Of a stretch of DNA of 64,000 nucleotides, positions 62,424-64,000 are shown piece after piece. Origin of the DNA: Tubulanus polymorphus (Eukaryota; Animalia; Nemertea); the NCBI RefSeq assembly GCF_964204645.1, contig NC_134032.1, positions 1,240,001 through 1,304,000 of the forward strand, in the 5' to 3' direction. How positions within the stretch are numbered: position 1 is the stretch's first letter; every line of letters starts with the position of its first letter. The notes beneath the pieces are model-generated. The model was not told the origin of the DNA. It was given only the letters and a program-made list of their open reading frames with translations, and did no database searches. The translations under genes were made by a program, and so were the position numbers.

Positions 62424-64000
62424 CGGCGGTTATCAGCGGGGAGTTTGAATTTCTCGTTTGAAATACCGAACCTAGTCACTTCTACGAGCTGCCGTTTTGG
62501 GGCAATTTCAGGGTGCGATCGAAGAGCTTGTCCGATCACCCGGATCAAGTAGATTCTCATCAGGGTCCGGTTGCATAGTCGTGGCTCGGACTTAAGACCA
62601 GTCTAAGACCAACTTAGTTCTATATAGCCAATCTAACAACTTAAGACCAGGCATGTGTAGGGCAAGTTGATTTTGGAGGGCAAGCAAAATTTCAGATATG
62701 CTTTCATTCCTAATAGATCGGACTCTGCAATTTAGATTAGAAAAGTTATTGCTTAAGATCCCTCAGGCTAGATCTCGGTGTTCTAAGCTTGGAGAAGACT
62801 ATGATTTATGAAGTAAAAATGAAATATTTTTCATTATTCCTAAAAGGGCACTTATATGCCCGTGCAGGGGTGCGCCATGTATGCAGCGGAACAAGAGAGG
62901 GTCAGATTGATGTGAAAAATGGTCCTCTGCTTAAGATGATATCCAAAATACATGAACAATTAAAAAAGTTTGAAAAGAAGCGAAAAGCACAAAGAATAGA
63001 AGTAATGATAATTATAATATTGATAATAATTAATGAAAAAATTTGAATATTGCAGAGTGCATGTATATAAATCTGACCTTCTGCTAGAGGGCGGTGTCTG
63101 TAACGTTTCAGCGAGTTGAGATCTGACTTGCCACTAGATGGCGGTGTTTTTGATGTTTCATGCGATCTGATGTTCGATCATTGAAATTAATTTCATGTTC
63201 GGCGTATTTCACTAATTCATAATCGAAATGATAATCGCTGAACATTTTTAGAATATAACGACAGCCGTTGTTTGAGGTTGTATTTATATTTTAACGGTGG
63301 TATTTTTTAATACCAGAAATGCTTCGACTATCAATAAATATGTCATTTCATAAACGGTGCTACTGGATATTGTGTGTGGGGGGTATGCAGAGGAGAGGGG
63401 AGGGCTGGGGAGAGGGGAGGGGTACTGAGGTATATAGATATTCTGTTATTTTAAACTTGTCTATCAGGGGCGGACTAGCTTTTGGGCAAAGTTGGGATGA
63501 TGGGCGGATATACACTCTTTTGTAGAGAATCGAGAATATTAGTTAAAATCCACTATATACAAAGATTATAAGATTAAAAATGAATTTTATTTATCAAAAA
63601 CTTTGTGTTTAGATTTAAATTTTTGAATTTTGTATATAGTGGCCCTTAAACTTGGAATCATTTTAATTCTTAGTAAATCAATGGACAATTTATTAATTCA
63701 TTTTCTGTTGCAATGATTCTGAAGATTTGCGTTGGAACGAATTAAGTAATTTATATTTCCACTTGAAAGTATTTGAGTTATTGTAATGTAATAAAATTCT
63801 CTAGTGTAACTGTGGTTAAATCTATTAAATGTGGTTTAATGTAGAATTTCTGTATCAGTTTTGTATAAATTGTAATAAAATATATCGATTGTAATAAATA
63901 TTTGTAATGTAACAAATGTCGTTAGTAATTCTACTTTGTATCTCGAGTATTGATTTGCTCCGAAGTCAAAGAGGGGCTCGCGACGACTATCTGCTTCACG

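Overview
Eukaryotic, intron-rich, AT-rich metazoan (invertebrate-like) genomic DNA; most ORF-track entries are repeat artefacts. Manual splice reconstruction gives four protein-coding genes. (1) ASAP-family Arf-GAP (BAR-PH-ArfGAP-ANK-Pro-rich-SH3), + strand, 26 phase-consistent exons from 6873 to 35269, with the N-terminal exon(s) apparently upstream of the window. (2) Rab20-like small GTPase, - strand, 5 exons, 40909-46139, not shown as such in the ORF track. (3) A divergently transcribed C2H2 zinc-finger gene, + strand, ~46826-48340. (4) An out-at-first (OAF) homologue, + strand, 4 exons, 59085-62265. Introns and intergenic DNA hold minisatellites and non-autonomous DNA transposons: 7 piggyBac-type TTAA MITEs, several Harbinger-type MITE families with CWG or TAA target duplications, and hAT- and Tc1-type MITEs. 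Most striking pattern: several tandem arrays are built from the host gene's own splice junctions, including a ~7.9-kb array of ~200 copies of an exon end plus CAG|GTGAG donor and a 10-copy array of an acceptor plus exon start. Also notable are tandem minimal hammerhead-ribozyme motifs antisense in ASAP introns, satellites grown from MITE ends, and an in-frame duplication of the OAF C-terminus just beyond its stop codon.
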